The notes: generated by a model not told the origin, from the letters alone. 63,674 nucleotides of DNA, filler included, from Globobulimina sp. (GCA_003354225.1; 56 parts of 56 records of this genome joined end to end with filler, not necessarily neighbours in it), one strand, 5' to 3'; shown: positions 12,257-23,619, counted from the whole stretch's first letter. Numbers and translations: made by a program.

Positions 12257-12715
12257 AATATAAGACAGAATGATTAGTAAATGCAAATAAATAATATTCT
12301 GCTATATTACATATCTAATAATCTACATACAGTATGTTTCTGATTCAATTAAAGAAAAGTTCTCATAGTTGCGTTTGGGGGGATGGGGGATCCCCCAAAT
12401 CGGGTAACCTGCTCGAGATGGCCACACACCTATCGCCGNNNNNNNNNNNNNNNNNNNNNNNNNNNNNNNNNNNNNNNNNNNNTTAATTAATTAANNNNNN
12501 NNNNNNNNNNNNNNNNNNNNNNNNNNNNNNNNNNNNNNACTGCTGTTTTACTGTTTTTTTCTTTAATTTTGCCATAATTTAACTTGGTCCTTTCTCGGTA
12601 TCTTTCAGATTCATATTATTTTTATGTGTGTTTTGTTGATTGCAGTATACACAGAGACACAAGTTTATTTATCGACATTGCCTGAAATTCTTGCTTAATT
12701 ACACAGTTTTGAGTG

Positions 12716-13577
12716 ATGAACAATGCTGTCAGTAAAAGACGATCACAATTATTAGTAAGTGGATACGTTAGAAACTGTAGGACTCAATACATCCATACAG
12801 ATATTATTAGTATCATTCACGCATTCCATTATTATATACTATTGCTGCTATATTCTATCGGTAACAACGAATATGGACAACAAGCAAACGGAGGAAATGA
12901 AGACATTCAAAAAATAACAAAAATAAAAACATTTGAAAAAAAAATACAAAATATTTTTACTTGTGGTGGTTATGTAGCAGCATATATTTTATTTGATGAT
13001 GAAACATATGAATGTTGTGGTTATAATAAAAAGGGTGTATTAGGTGTTGGGCATTATAATAATATTAATAAATGGCATCAAATGAAAGATATGAAAATAA
13101 AAAATATATTTGCAGCACCAAACGGATCAAGACACTTATTTTGTATTTCAAATGAGAATAAATTATATGCTGTCGGATGGAATGATAATAATCAATTTGG
13201 TATAAAAACAAATACAGAACATAATAATCAATGGACACCAATTAATACATCATTATCAATTCAAAAAGTAGCCACAGCAAGATATTATACAACGTTTTTA
13301 AGTGTTAATGGTAAAATATATGTTGCTGGTTATGATTCTGATGGTGGTTTAGGATTAGGTAAAGATATTATATCATCACCAAATATTCAAGAAATTCAAA
13401 CAAAAATAAAATGCAAGGATATATATTGTGGATGGGGACATACCTTAGCAATTGATGATAATTATGGTGTTTGGTCATGGGGACGTGGTGGATATGGTAG
13501 TTTAGGCCATGGAGATGCTATTAATAGATATTCACCAACAAGAATACAATATTTTATTCAAAACAATATTAAAATTG
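12716..13577 (+). CDS. RCC1-repeat protein, N-terminal part
   Basis: YSIGNNEYGQ, CGYNKKGVLGVG, VGWNDNNQFG, CGWGHTLA...VWSWGRGGYGSLGHG. Confidence 0.9.
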
Positions 13578-13677
13578 NNNNNNNNNNNNNNNNNNNNNNN
13601 NNNNNNNNNNNNNNNNNNNNNTTAATTAATTAANNNNNNNNNNNNNNNNNNNNNNNNNNNNNNNNNNNNNNNNNNNN

Positions 13678-13744
13678 GGGTAAGGTAGATGCAAACCGTT
13701 TCTGGTGACTGACAAAATCTGACGTTGAAAACATGATGCTCTTT
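13678..13744. mobile_element. MITE family A, partial internally deleted copy
   Basis: GGGTAAGGT..GCAAACCGTTTCTGGTGACTGA joined to AAAATCTGACGTTGAAAACATGATGCTCTTT; matches 46382-46530 and 62140-62284. Confidence 0.8.
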
Positions 13745-14433
13745 TCAAAGCATTTATGTTTCAAATAAATGCTGTTCTAAAGTACTCAATATATCAGTAT
13801 ATATATATCGTGTATCCTAATATAAATAAATGAACAAAACCAAATGTTTTGATAAATTGCTGTCGTAATAAATCTAATCGCAGTCCATAAATATTATAAC
13901 ATGTGTTTTTCATTCGTCCAATGATAGCATAGTAAGCATACTGATATGATTATGATCCCAATTGCATTGATATTAATTAGAATTTTATAAGAAGAGCAAG
14001 TATCAAATTAATATCGTGCGTTGTTTCATTATTACATATGGATCAATCCGGCATTTATTGAACAGTATTCATGTTACAGTATTGTTTAGATTGCGGAGAA
14101 TTCGTTGCTATAAGTCCATAACTGTTGTGTGTGTTTTTTGATAATTCTATTTTTTTGTAAATCATAAACTACCACAGATTGCAAATGTTTTATCCTTCCA
14201 CAATGGAGATAGATCACAATGTTTTATGGTCGACCAATCTAGCAACAACAATAAAAGCTTGTTATTATTTCTGTTGTTTATTATAGCAATTGATCCGTTC
14301 GAAAGTGATGAATTTCAATTCAAGTTTGTTTCAATGGAGAAAGAAAATCACAAAAAACACACACAACCGTTATGGACTTATAATAGCAACAAATTCTCCG
14401 CAATCTAAACAATACTGTAACCACTAATAATTT

Positions 14434-14603
14434 ACTGCAAATCTACCAACAATGCGACACAAAATCAACTGCAAATCCACCAACAATGCGACACAAAAAC
14501 AACTACAAACCCACCAACAATGCGACACAAAATCAACTGCAAATCCACCAACAATGAGACACAAAAACAACTGCAAATCCACCAACAATGAGACACAAAA
14601 ACA
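14434..14603 (+). repeat. Minisatellite, 5 x 34 bp
   Basis: Unit ACTGCAAATCCACCAACAATGCGACACAAAATCA, head to tail without spacers. Confidence 0.9.
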
Positions 14604-14650
14604 AACACAAATCACACCAATAAACATCTTATTTTGGTAAACAACGAATT

Positions 14651-14716
14651 GTCGCATAGCTCAAGTAGAGCACTGCTTGAATGTAGCCAGAAGATTCAGG
14701 TTCAATTCCTGAGGCG
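14651..14716 (+). pseudogene. tRNA-like sequence (pseudo-tRNA or SINE head), cut by contig end
   Basis: A-box TAGCTCAAGTAGAGC and B-box GGTTCAATTCC at tRNA spacing; anticodon arm irregular. Confidence 0.6.
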
Positions 14717-15179
14717 NNNNNNNNNNNNNNNNNNNNNNNNNNNNNNNNNNNNNNNNNNNNTTAATTAATTAANNNNNNNNNNNNNNNNNNNNNNNNNNNN
14801 NNNNNNNNNNNNNNNNTTAAGAAACCATTATTATTTAATTCAAATTATTTTGATAAAGATAAAGAAATAATTGAAATGTATCCTGGATGTTTTGAAACAC
14901 GAATAATAATTGGAAATAAAACAGCAGATAAAGAAGATGAGAAAGAAACTGGATTTATATAACAAATGAAGTGTAAAACTGTATATCATTGAACGATTGC
15001 AATCTAAAAGACGCGTTCGGAAATAGCTTGTATTATTGCTTGTTCTTTCACCATTTCGCAATTGCAACAAAATGTCTGTTGGATATGTAGAAAAAAACAT
15101 CCTTGTGACTACCATCTCATGCTTCAAAAGTCAAACAGTTTTCAGCAAGAAACCAACACTATAAAATCACAAAAAAAGG

Positions 15180-15854
15180 TTAATTCTTTCTGGAATAATC
15201 CAGATTATTTCCATATGTTTCTCGTAGCAATATTGCTGAAACTATCCCAGCAATGACAATAACTGGTAATATAAGTAAAGCAACGTTATAATCATTGGTT
15301 TCATATTTACGGACTCCATCTTTATAAATTTCTCCACCTCTCCTTTCCCACATAAAATCTAACATTTCCCCAATAAATAATTGTGTGACAAATCCCGATG
15401 CATTGATTATAGTATTCACTAAACCCGCTGCCATATCTTTACAGTTATAATAAGCATTGTATTCCCTTTGCAGACACCACATAATACCAAAAGATCCCGC
15501 ACCAAGTCCACTGATGAAATTTAATATAATTACACATATCATCGTCTTCAATGACGCAGAAGGCTCCAAAACGTACACAATGGGCAATGTACATATCCAT
15601 AAGCACGAACCACAAACAATAAAAATTTTACGCCGCGAAAACCGCATTGCTAAGCGACCAAAAACCGGCGCTGAGACAGCCCGCATCAGATAAAAAGACC
15701 CAGATATTAACGATGCAGTGGCTCTGGAATAGTTAAATTTTGTCATCAAATATGAAATGAACCATAAACCAACAAAACCGTTCACCAACGACAAGCCGCA
15801 ATATCCCCAGATGGACAGAATCCAATTTAATTTTAGAAAAAACCCGTTTTTGAA
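15180..15854 (-). CDS. MFS transporter, C-terminal half
   Basis: GFVGLWFISYL, APVFGRLAMRFSRRK loop motif, AAGLVNT...QLFIGEMLD, ends LLRET. Confidence 0.85.
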   Translation of the reverse strand, partial: FKNGFFLKLNWILSIWGYCGLSLVNGFVGLWFISYLMTKFNYSRATASLISGSFYLMRAVSAPVFGRLAMRFSRRKIFIVCGSCLWICTLPIVYVLEPSASLKTMICVIILNFISGLGAGSFGIMWCLQREYNAYYNCKDMAAGLVNTIINASGFVTQLFIGEMLDFMWERRGGEIYKDGVRKYETNDYNVALLILPVIVIAGIVSAILLRETYGNNLDYSRKN

Positions 15855-16160
15855 TNNNNNNNNNNNNNNNNNNNNNNNNNNNNNNNNNNNNNNNNNNNNT
15901 TAATTAATTAANNNNNNNNNNNNNNNNNNNNNNNNNNNNNNNNNNNNNNNNNNNNTTGAGCTAGGTGCTTAACTAATTCCTATGTGGAGGACTATTTTTC
16001 AACTGGCTTTTTGAGTATATATTATGGTAAAGGGAGGAGGGGAATGAGTACTTTTAATTAATCCACGCTCCCAGCAGGCAATTGACTAAGTGCTTTTTAA
16101 GTTGTTAAGTATTAGTAGCTAAGAAAAAGTTAGTTGGCACTAGTCAATTTTAGTGTAAAC

Positions 16161-16994
16161 ATGTCGAATAAAGAATATAGCGGTACTTTCTCGTGGAAGA
16201 TAACAGATCAATTTGCAGTGTCTCAATTTTTACAAGCCGCACCAGGTGCAAAATTCTCAAGTGATGCATTTACGATTGGCGGGTTACGGTGGCAATTATA
16301 TGCATATCCACGTGGTAGATACACAAATCCCAAATGGAGTAAGAATTTCATTCGTGGCTGTGAGTTATATTTACAATTAATATCATCCTCATTCCCACAC
16401 AATGCACATAAAATTATTTTTAATTATCGTCTATTTTGTTTAAATGCGTCGTCATCATTTACAAATATCCAACAATTTGTAAGAAATCAGGATCATTTTG
16501 TATCGTGGTATAAAGGCACATTAACCACCAATGAGTTGGAAGCCTTGGAAGGACAAAGCATTCATTTACAATGTTATATAAACGTATTGAAAATAATTGC
16601 ATATGATCAGAAATCAGTAATTTATCAGTTTCCGTTCAAAACACACAAAAATGAGATGGAATTTGAATGGAAAATAAAAAATATCAATGGATTATTTATA
16701 AATACCAAATGTGGCAAACATTTAGAAAGTAACATATTTGATAATTTTTGGTGTTTACGCATTGCGCCAAAAGGTTGGAAATTAAACCAACAAAAATATG
16801 TTAGTTTATGGTTACAATTATGTTGTTTACCAATGAATACTTCTAAAATTAATGCAAATTATCAAATAAAATGCATTGAAACAAATACCTATTATTCAAA
16901 TAATGCATCGTTTGATTATAATGTGTATCATAAAAATGCGTCATGGGATCAGAAGAAATTAGTTACGAATAATCTAAAACATGATGATTCGTTG
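16161..16994 (+). CDS. Tandem MATH/TRAF-domain protein
   Basis: FSWKI...FSSDAFTIGGLRWQLYAYPRG...LYLQL; second repeat FEWKIKN...WCLRIAPKG...VSLWLQL. Confidence 0.85.
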
Positions 16995-17094
16995 NNNNNN
17001 NNNNNNNNNNNNNNNNNNNNNNNNNNNNNNNNNNNNNNTTAATTAATTAANNNNNNNNNNNNNNNNNNNNNNNNNNNNNNNNNNNNNNNNNNNN

Positions 17095-17851
17095 CATCAT
17101 CAATCACAATGGATGCATCAAATTGAGTGCAAGCCTCTGCATATTCTTCGTCAATTATTAATTCACTTTGCAATGTGGCCACATTCTGCTCATTCATCAT
17201 TACTGTTCGTTTAAGGGATATAATTAATTCATACAATCCGTTGATGAACGAATATAAAATCAATGCAGAAATAATAAAATCTGAAACCATCAATGTTGAC
17301 ATTACGCTCACTAAGAATATCGTTGACAAGGTGTTGTTTGAAAGAATTGGTAATTTATTCAGCATATAAAGTATAAAAAATGCGCATAGTATTAAAGTGA
17401 TTAAAATTATCAATGCAACGAAGATATTTAATGTGATTACTATTTTATTGGATGGATAATATGCAGAATCTTTGTAAGTTACTTTTAAACGAGTGATGAG
17501 ATAGCAATATAACATGATCTTTGATGCCAGAAAGAAAATATCTGAAGCCATTACAGCCCAATCAGTCACTGTTAAGTCATAGATTTCATCATCAATTTCA
17601 CCATTATGTATCCGCGAGGAATAGCTTACATTATGTAGCCATAATCCAATATAATGGATTACCAAAAATATCATTCTCAAACAGCATGACAGGGCAAATA
17701 ACGATGCAGTTCGACGTATTGGTAATGATACGCGTTGGTTGTGATCGTTTCCATAGAATTGTTTGAAAAGTATGATAGTGATTGCAATTTGAAATATTCC
17801 GGTTAACGTATACAATACACAAGCTATGATCAAATCAATATCTAATGCCAT
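17095..17851 (-). CDS. GPCR-like multi-pass membrane protein, N-terminal part
   Basis: Five hydrophobic helices; TM3 end YLITRLKVTYKDSAY. Confidence 0.6.
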
Positions 17852-18233
17852 GGGACAAGAAATATTTCCAACTAAGTTTGAAAAAAAACTGTTAACTTAA
17901 AAAATACTAGTTGCCAACGGACATTTTCTCCACTTTATTCATAAACAATGAATGGAACATATGCAGAATTATAAGTGGAAGATGTATGATAAGTATAATA
18001 AATTAACTATATTTCACGGAGAACGGGTCTTATCCCATAAAAGATGTAGCCAATCAAATAAATATTAATACTATATCTTTGTAGAACATTCTAACACTTT
18101 TGCCCGAATAGTTTCTACTTTGGATTTTTTAAANNNNNNNNNNNNNNNNNNNNNNNNNNNNNNNNNNNNNNNNNNNNTTAATTAATTAANNNNNNNNNNN
18201 NNNNNNNNNNNNNNNNNNNNNNNNNNNNNNNNN

Positions 18234-18413
18234 TTTATTTTCTTTCCAAGTTCAAATGCATTAGTGGCACAAAGTTATCTTTCACAATATGATTGCACTA
18301 TGGAAGATTTGGCCAGAATCGCATATAAGAATCATTCAAATGCAGAAAAGAATCCGCGATGCCAGTCCCAAATATCAGGCGTTGTCACCGGTGCTGGACT
18401 CGGTGTCCATTGA
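18234..18413 (+). pseudogene. Thiolase (SCP-x type) internal fragment, truncated
   Basis: FPSSNALVAQSYLSQYDCTMEDLARIAYKNHSNAEKNPRCQ matches A..Y...YG.T.ED.A.IA.KNH.NA..NP.AQ, then unrelated sequence and a stop. Confidence 0.65.
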
Positions 18414-18519
18414 GTTATATTGATAGTAGCATACACATGGCATGTAGAAATATAGAATAGTAACCATATGCATGTTGCCATGTTTAGTAGTTCTCACTTA
18501 AAAAACCAACGGCCCTCTG

Positions 18520-19272
18520 ATGATGTCAACTAGTTACATACACTTTATCATCATTGCCTGCCTCATACAACTACTCACTTCTCAATTGTACGTACTGCAG
18601 CCATACTCTATAACAACTGATGACCACGATGCATTATGCCGTTTTCAATACGACCAAAATATAGCATCAATCCACTCGAATATACAAAACGCTGAAGCAA
18701 ATTTGGCGAGAGCATCAAATAAGGTACTCATTGGCTTAACAGATGAAGTCATCGAAGGTGAGTGGATATTCATAGATGGGACACCTTGGAATTACGGTAC
18801 AACATTCAATGTTCCACCATGGAATATCGATGAACCAAATGATTTATCCGGAGAAGACTGTGTTGAAATCGGCAATTCAGGATTATGGAATGATAACGAT
18901 TGTACTACAAAACTATTTGCTTTGTGCAATTATCCACAGCAACACTTTGTGATCAATGATCCATTAAATTACCAACGAATATTAACCCCCGGAAACGTTA
19001 TTGGTAGCATTGACATTTTAGATGAGATACATATTCAATTCGACATCACAATTCATTCGCTTCCAAGTGGAGGAAATGAATCGCTTCCAAGTGGATCCAT
19101 TTTGCATTTTGGTGATGATGATTTGCAGCGATATCCCGGAATCTATATTAACGGCGTGGACAATTTTTTTCATTTTGTTTTTTCTCAGCCAGGTACCTGG
19201 AATCTGTCAGCAAAAACAGCTTTTAATTTTATAACTTTGGAACACGCATATCATATTTCAATGTATCAGAGT
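18520..19272 (+). CDS. Secreted C-type lectin + LamG/ConA-like domain protein
   Basis: Signal peptide; IGLTD..EGEWIFIDG, EPND..EDCVE..WND..C; then IDILDEIHIQFDI...ILHFGD...YPGIYING. Confidence 0.85.
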
Positions 19273-19390
19273 NNNNNNNNNNNNNNNNNNNNNNNNNNNN
19301 NNNNNNNNNNNNNNNNTTAATTAATTAANNNNNNNNNNNNNNNNNNNNNNNNNNNNNNNNNNNNNNNNNNNNCCGAAGAGAAATACTCCT

Positions 19391-19754
19391 GTTGGTACTT
19401 TTTTGTAATGTTTATCGATTATATGTTTTTTTGTAATGTACTCATTGTGTCCTTTTATGTACAACGTGGTCCGTACATAGCTCCTCCTTTACCGTACAAT
19501 GCGGTCCATTCCTAGCTCTCTCCGTTTAACGTACAACGCGGTCCATTCATAGCTCTCTCCGTTCATAGCTCTCTCCGTCGTTCATAGCTCTCTCCGTCGT
19601 CCATAGCTTTGAACGACAGAGAGAGCTATGAACGACGGAGAGAGCTATGAATGGACCACGTTGTACATAAAAGGACACAATGAGTACATTACAAATGAAC
19701 ACAATGGGGAATCGATAAACATATAATCGATAAACATTACAAAAAAGTACCAAC
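19391..19754. repeat. Long imperfect inverted repeat enclosing short tandem repeats
   Basis: Arms about 19391-19472 and 19652-19754; interior copies of CATAGCTCTCTCCGT in both orientations. Confidence 0.85.
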
Positions 19755-19760
19755 AAATTA

Positions 19761-20345
19761 TCAACTTTCTAATTCAGTTCGTTTTCTTTTACGTCCACAA
19801 TAATATGTTGTGTTAAATTTTAAATTTTCTATTCGTGAAAATTTATTTTTCTGTGTAATTTTATTGTTTTTATCAAACACATCAAAGGTACAACATCCAC
19901 CATCTGATATATGTTTCAATATACAATGTCCTGTCTCCGGCAACCAAATTTGATTCGCTTTTACTGCGTTACTTCTGCTATTTCTACTGTTACGCCAAAA
20001 TACAGGATCTCCTACTTTCAATTGTACTGAACATCCACGTTTTGTGTCCCACTTTTTTTTCATAGCCAATTTAGAGCGGCATAGTGAGACTTTTAATTTC
20101 GCGCGAAAATCTTTAAACCCTTCCATGCGTTCTTCGAATGTTTGCTTGGTTAATGCTCCGTATTGGTCATCATAAAAATCATCATCAAATTTATGTTCAA
20201 CTACTGCCTCTGGATCTAATATCGGTTCTTTCATTGTTAAAGCAGTCAGCGGTGATTGATTAGTTGCATGGCGTGGTTGACATCGCATTGACATTGCTGT
20301 TATATCAAATGCAATTCCATCCCAATCTCGTCCCCAATCAAACAT
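19761..20345 (-). mobile_element. Ty3/Gypsy-like integrase C-terminal region
   Basis: DWD.....MSMRCQPRHATNQSP resembles the core end (DWD..L...AYRT.PH..TG.SP); MKKKWD...LKVGDPVF...W matches the post-core region. Confidence 0.55.
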
Positions 20346-20512
20346 TCCACTTTTTGCAGTTGAATTATTATTTGTATTCGAAGCATTATTTGTATTCGAA
20401 GCATTATTTGTNNNNNNNNNNNNNNNNNNNNNNNNNNNNNNNNNNNNNNNNNNNNTTAATTAATTAANNNNNNNNNNNNNNNNNNNNNNNNNNNNNNNNN
20501 NNNNNNNNNNNA

Positions 20513-21297
20513 TAATTGATGGTGAAATCCAGTCCTCTGTCAAGGATGAATTTATTTATCACGAATCATTGGTTCATCCCGCAATGATTAGCCATCCAAA
20601 TCCACAAAATATTTTCATTGGAGGCGGTGGTGAATGTGCGACCGCCAGAGAAGTATTAAAGTATTCATCGGTGCAAAACGTAGTGGTCTGCGATTTGGAT
20701 AAAAATGTAGTCGAAGTGTCGAAGAAATATTTACCAACAATGCATGCTGCAGTTACACACGACAAACGATGTAATATTGTCATTGAGGATGCACATAAAT
20801 ACATTACGGAATATGATGGGCAGTTTGATATTATATTTATGGATATTTGCGATCCGATTGAAGCTGGGCCTGGAATTGTATGTTATTTTAAAGAGTTTTA
20901 TGAAATGTGTAAGACAAAATTGTCTAAAAATGGAATGTTGGTCACACAGTCCACTGCGTGCAGTTTGTTATTGTATCATGAATGCTTTACAGTGATTGTG
21001 AATACATTGAAAAATGTATTCGACGATGTTTTGCCATATTCTGCATATGTAACAACGTTTTATGCGGAGTGGGGATTTACTGTCGCTTTTAACGGAGATA
21101 AACCAGATTGGTTTGCGGATTCAAAACAGATTGATAGTGTTTTGGAAAAGAAACTGGGGAAGGATGTTGTTGATAGGTTGAGATATTATGATGGAACCAG
21201 TCATTTGAGAATGTTCAGTTTACCAAAGTTTTTGAGAGTTGCGCTTGCCAAAGAAACACGAGTCATGACAAAAGAAACACCATACTATCAATCTTGA
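20513..21297 (+). CDS. Polyamine aminopropyltransferase, thermospermine-synthase (ACL5)-like, 5' partial
   Basis: IDGEIQSSVKDEFIYHESLVHPAM..HPNPQNIFIGGGGECATAREVLKY; DIIFMDICDPIEAGP; WGF. Confidence 0.88.
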
Positions 21298-21650
21298 ATT
21301 GCTTTTTTTTACAACATATTAATGACTGGTCGATAAGTTGTATACATTTTTTTCAATTATCTGAGAAACGGTTTGCTATTGATTTGTCTTGGATTTGTAC
21401 TGAGTTTGTTATAACTTATCCTATAATAAGCAAATGATCCAGCACAAAGTCAAAACAAATTTATAATAGAATTTTTGGTATATCGTTCAGTTAGCTCCGG
21501 CAATATTTAGTAATATTTGACTTGTAAATTCAAATTGATACCACCAATGCNNNNNNNNNNNNNNNNNNNNNNNNNNNNNNNNNNNNNNNNNNNNTTAATT
21601 AATTAANNNNNNNNNNNNNNNNNNNNNNNNNNNNNNNNNNNNNNNNNNNN

Positions 21651-22689
21651 GCGGCACCAACCCGCCCCATAAAAAGATATGTCCTCCAAACGCGCGGCCT
21701 TTCGCCAAATTTTGAAATAGCGCCGAATTATACATATCGTGCGTTCGCGCTGCCCACAATCCCTCCGCCATAGCCGTATACATATGTAGTAAACCCGCGG
21801 GGAACATGGATAAAAACATCTGAGCCGCAATGCCTCCATTCAACGACCAAAATGCCACAGACACAATCTTGGGAGACCAATATTCCTCTTTCACCGTATG
21901 CTGCACACAAAATAACACGCCGGCGATGGCAATGTTGCCCTTCACGCCCCACATGGCAGCATGGGCGTGGTTGCCAGTCAAATATGTCGAATGCATATAA
22001 TTAACCACTGGCAAATTGATAAATGAGCCAATGTTCCGGCACCAAATACATTCCAGAAGTTGACGCCCAACATAACAACCACACTCCGCGCATAATATGT
22101 TTCTGATTTCCTTTCGCTTTCTCTAATTCCGCCTTTTCCCGCATTTGAATGAATTTCCACGCATCCATCGTCAACACAATAAGCGGCATAACTTGCGTGG
22201 TGGAGAAGGCAGAGCCCGTCGCAATGACTCCCGTTGGCTTCGCAATCCAATAAAAATTATGCCCGACACCAATGGTGGCAGTCAAAAGAACAACATCACA
22301 GCGATGGACGTGTCGCGTTCGGCAGCCTTTTTGCTCACTAATCCCATCTCGCGGTACAAGAAGGCCACAATCACAGTGGTGAAGACCTCGAATGTCACCT
22401 CCACCCACATGTGCACCACCATCCATCTCCAGAAGTCCGACACTACGAAATTCGTTTTCGGCGTCACTTTCAAGCTGAAAAATAGAAACCAAACCATCAC
22501 CAAACTGCCGTAGAAGACCCAGGCCGGAGTCGACCAGATGGTGTTCCACGTGATGTACGAGTAAACGCCACGGAATAATATCAAAATCCATAATACAAAG
22601 CCACATAACAATAAATCCTGGAATATACGGCCCAATTCCATGAATTCCCAGCCCTGCGATCGCCACAATCAAACAGCCGACAAATAAGA
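21651..22689 (-). pseudogene. nod: qNor-family enzyme of nitric oxide dismutase (Nod) type, C-terminal half, with three frameshifts
   Basis: Reconstructed: SQGWEFMELGR...DFWRWMVVHMWVEVTFEVFTT...TATIGVGHNFYWIAKPTG..FSTTQVMPL...NFWNVFGAG..GSFINLPVVNY..YLTGNHAHAAMWGVKGN...GRAFGGHIFLWGG. Confidence 0.9.
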
Positions 22690-22789
22690 NNNNNNNNNNN
22701 NNNNNNNNNNNNNNNNNNNNNNNNNNNNNNNNNTTAATTAATTAANNNNNNNNNNNNNNNNNNNNNNNNNNNNNNNNNNNNNNNNNNNN

Positions 22790-23619
22790 ACAGTGGCAAA
22801 GACGCCAATAATACGGGGACGTTCACCAGAGACTTTATTAAGAAAATAGACCAAGAATTAATTGAAATGGAGGCAAATATGAGAACAAAAGAACTGGCAA
22901 AAATCACTCGCATTTTAGACAAGCAAAAATCAAAGGAATTGAAGGAAATTGAGAATCTAAAAAATGAGTTACATTTTTACTCATTAATGTATGACAAGAA
23001 AAATAAAGAGAGCACAGCGTCGTTATCAAACATAAATTTATCAAAAATATCAGAAAACGAAGCATCGGTTATTGATTGGGACTTATTTTATAATACAGAC
23101 AATTTAAACCCGTCTATAATTGCGGAGGAAGAGAAATATTTATCGCAAATAAATTCGACAATCAATCAAAATTTAGTCAGTTTATCACAGCAAGTTTTGG
23201 ATTGCGACGGGTCAATACCCCCAAAATTGATAAACCAAACGATTAATTTAGGAAATTGCATCGAAGATAAAAAGGAGTTACAAAGAAAATTAGAGGCAAA
23301 GCAAACGAAATTATCATTGGAAAGAAGCCAACAAATAACATCATTATCAGAGATACAGGAAATAAGCAGTTTGGACCAAACAATTACAGCGTTGGAGGAT
23401 AAGTTCGTGCTCAAACACGAAAACAACACAAATTTAGATTTGGATTTAACTTTTAACGCAGTACAAACGGGAGAGGAAGTATTAGATTTATGGGACGGGG
23501 ATATGGACAGCAACAACATAATCGATTTAAGTTTATTAAATACAGAACACGTATCGTTTGATAGTAAGTGGAAGAAATGGGAAAAAGAAGTATTGTTCAA
23601 TGAGAGCGAAGAAGATTAA
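22790..23619 (+). CDS. Hypothetical coiled-coil/acidic protein, C-terminal part
   Basis: Intronless ORF over 250 aa; no motif recognised. Confidence 0.45.

Noticed and set aside
14434-14603. CRISPR array
   Set aside because: 34-bp units are contiguous with no unique spacers and no cas genes.
19490-19650. CRISPR-like repeats CATAGCTCTCTCCGT
   Set aside because: Spacers are absent or a few nt, and copies occur in both orientations within a foldback.
20512-22689. Polyamine synthase next to Nod as a nitrogen gene cluster
   Set aside because: Separate contigs ordered only by length; adjacency is meaningless.
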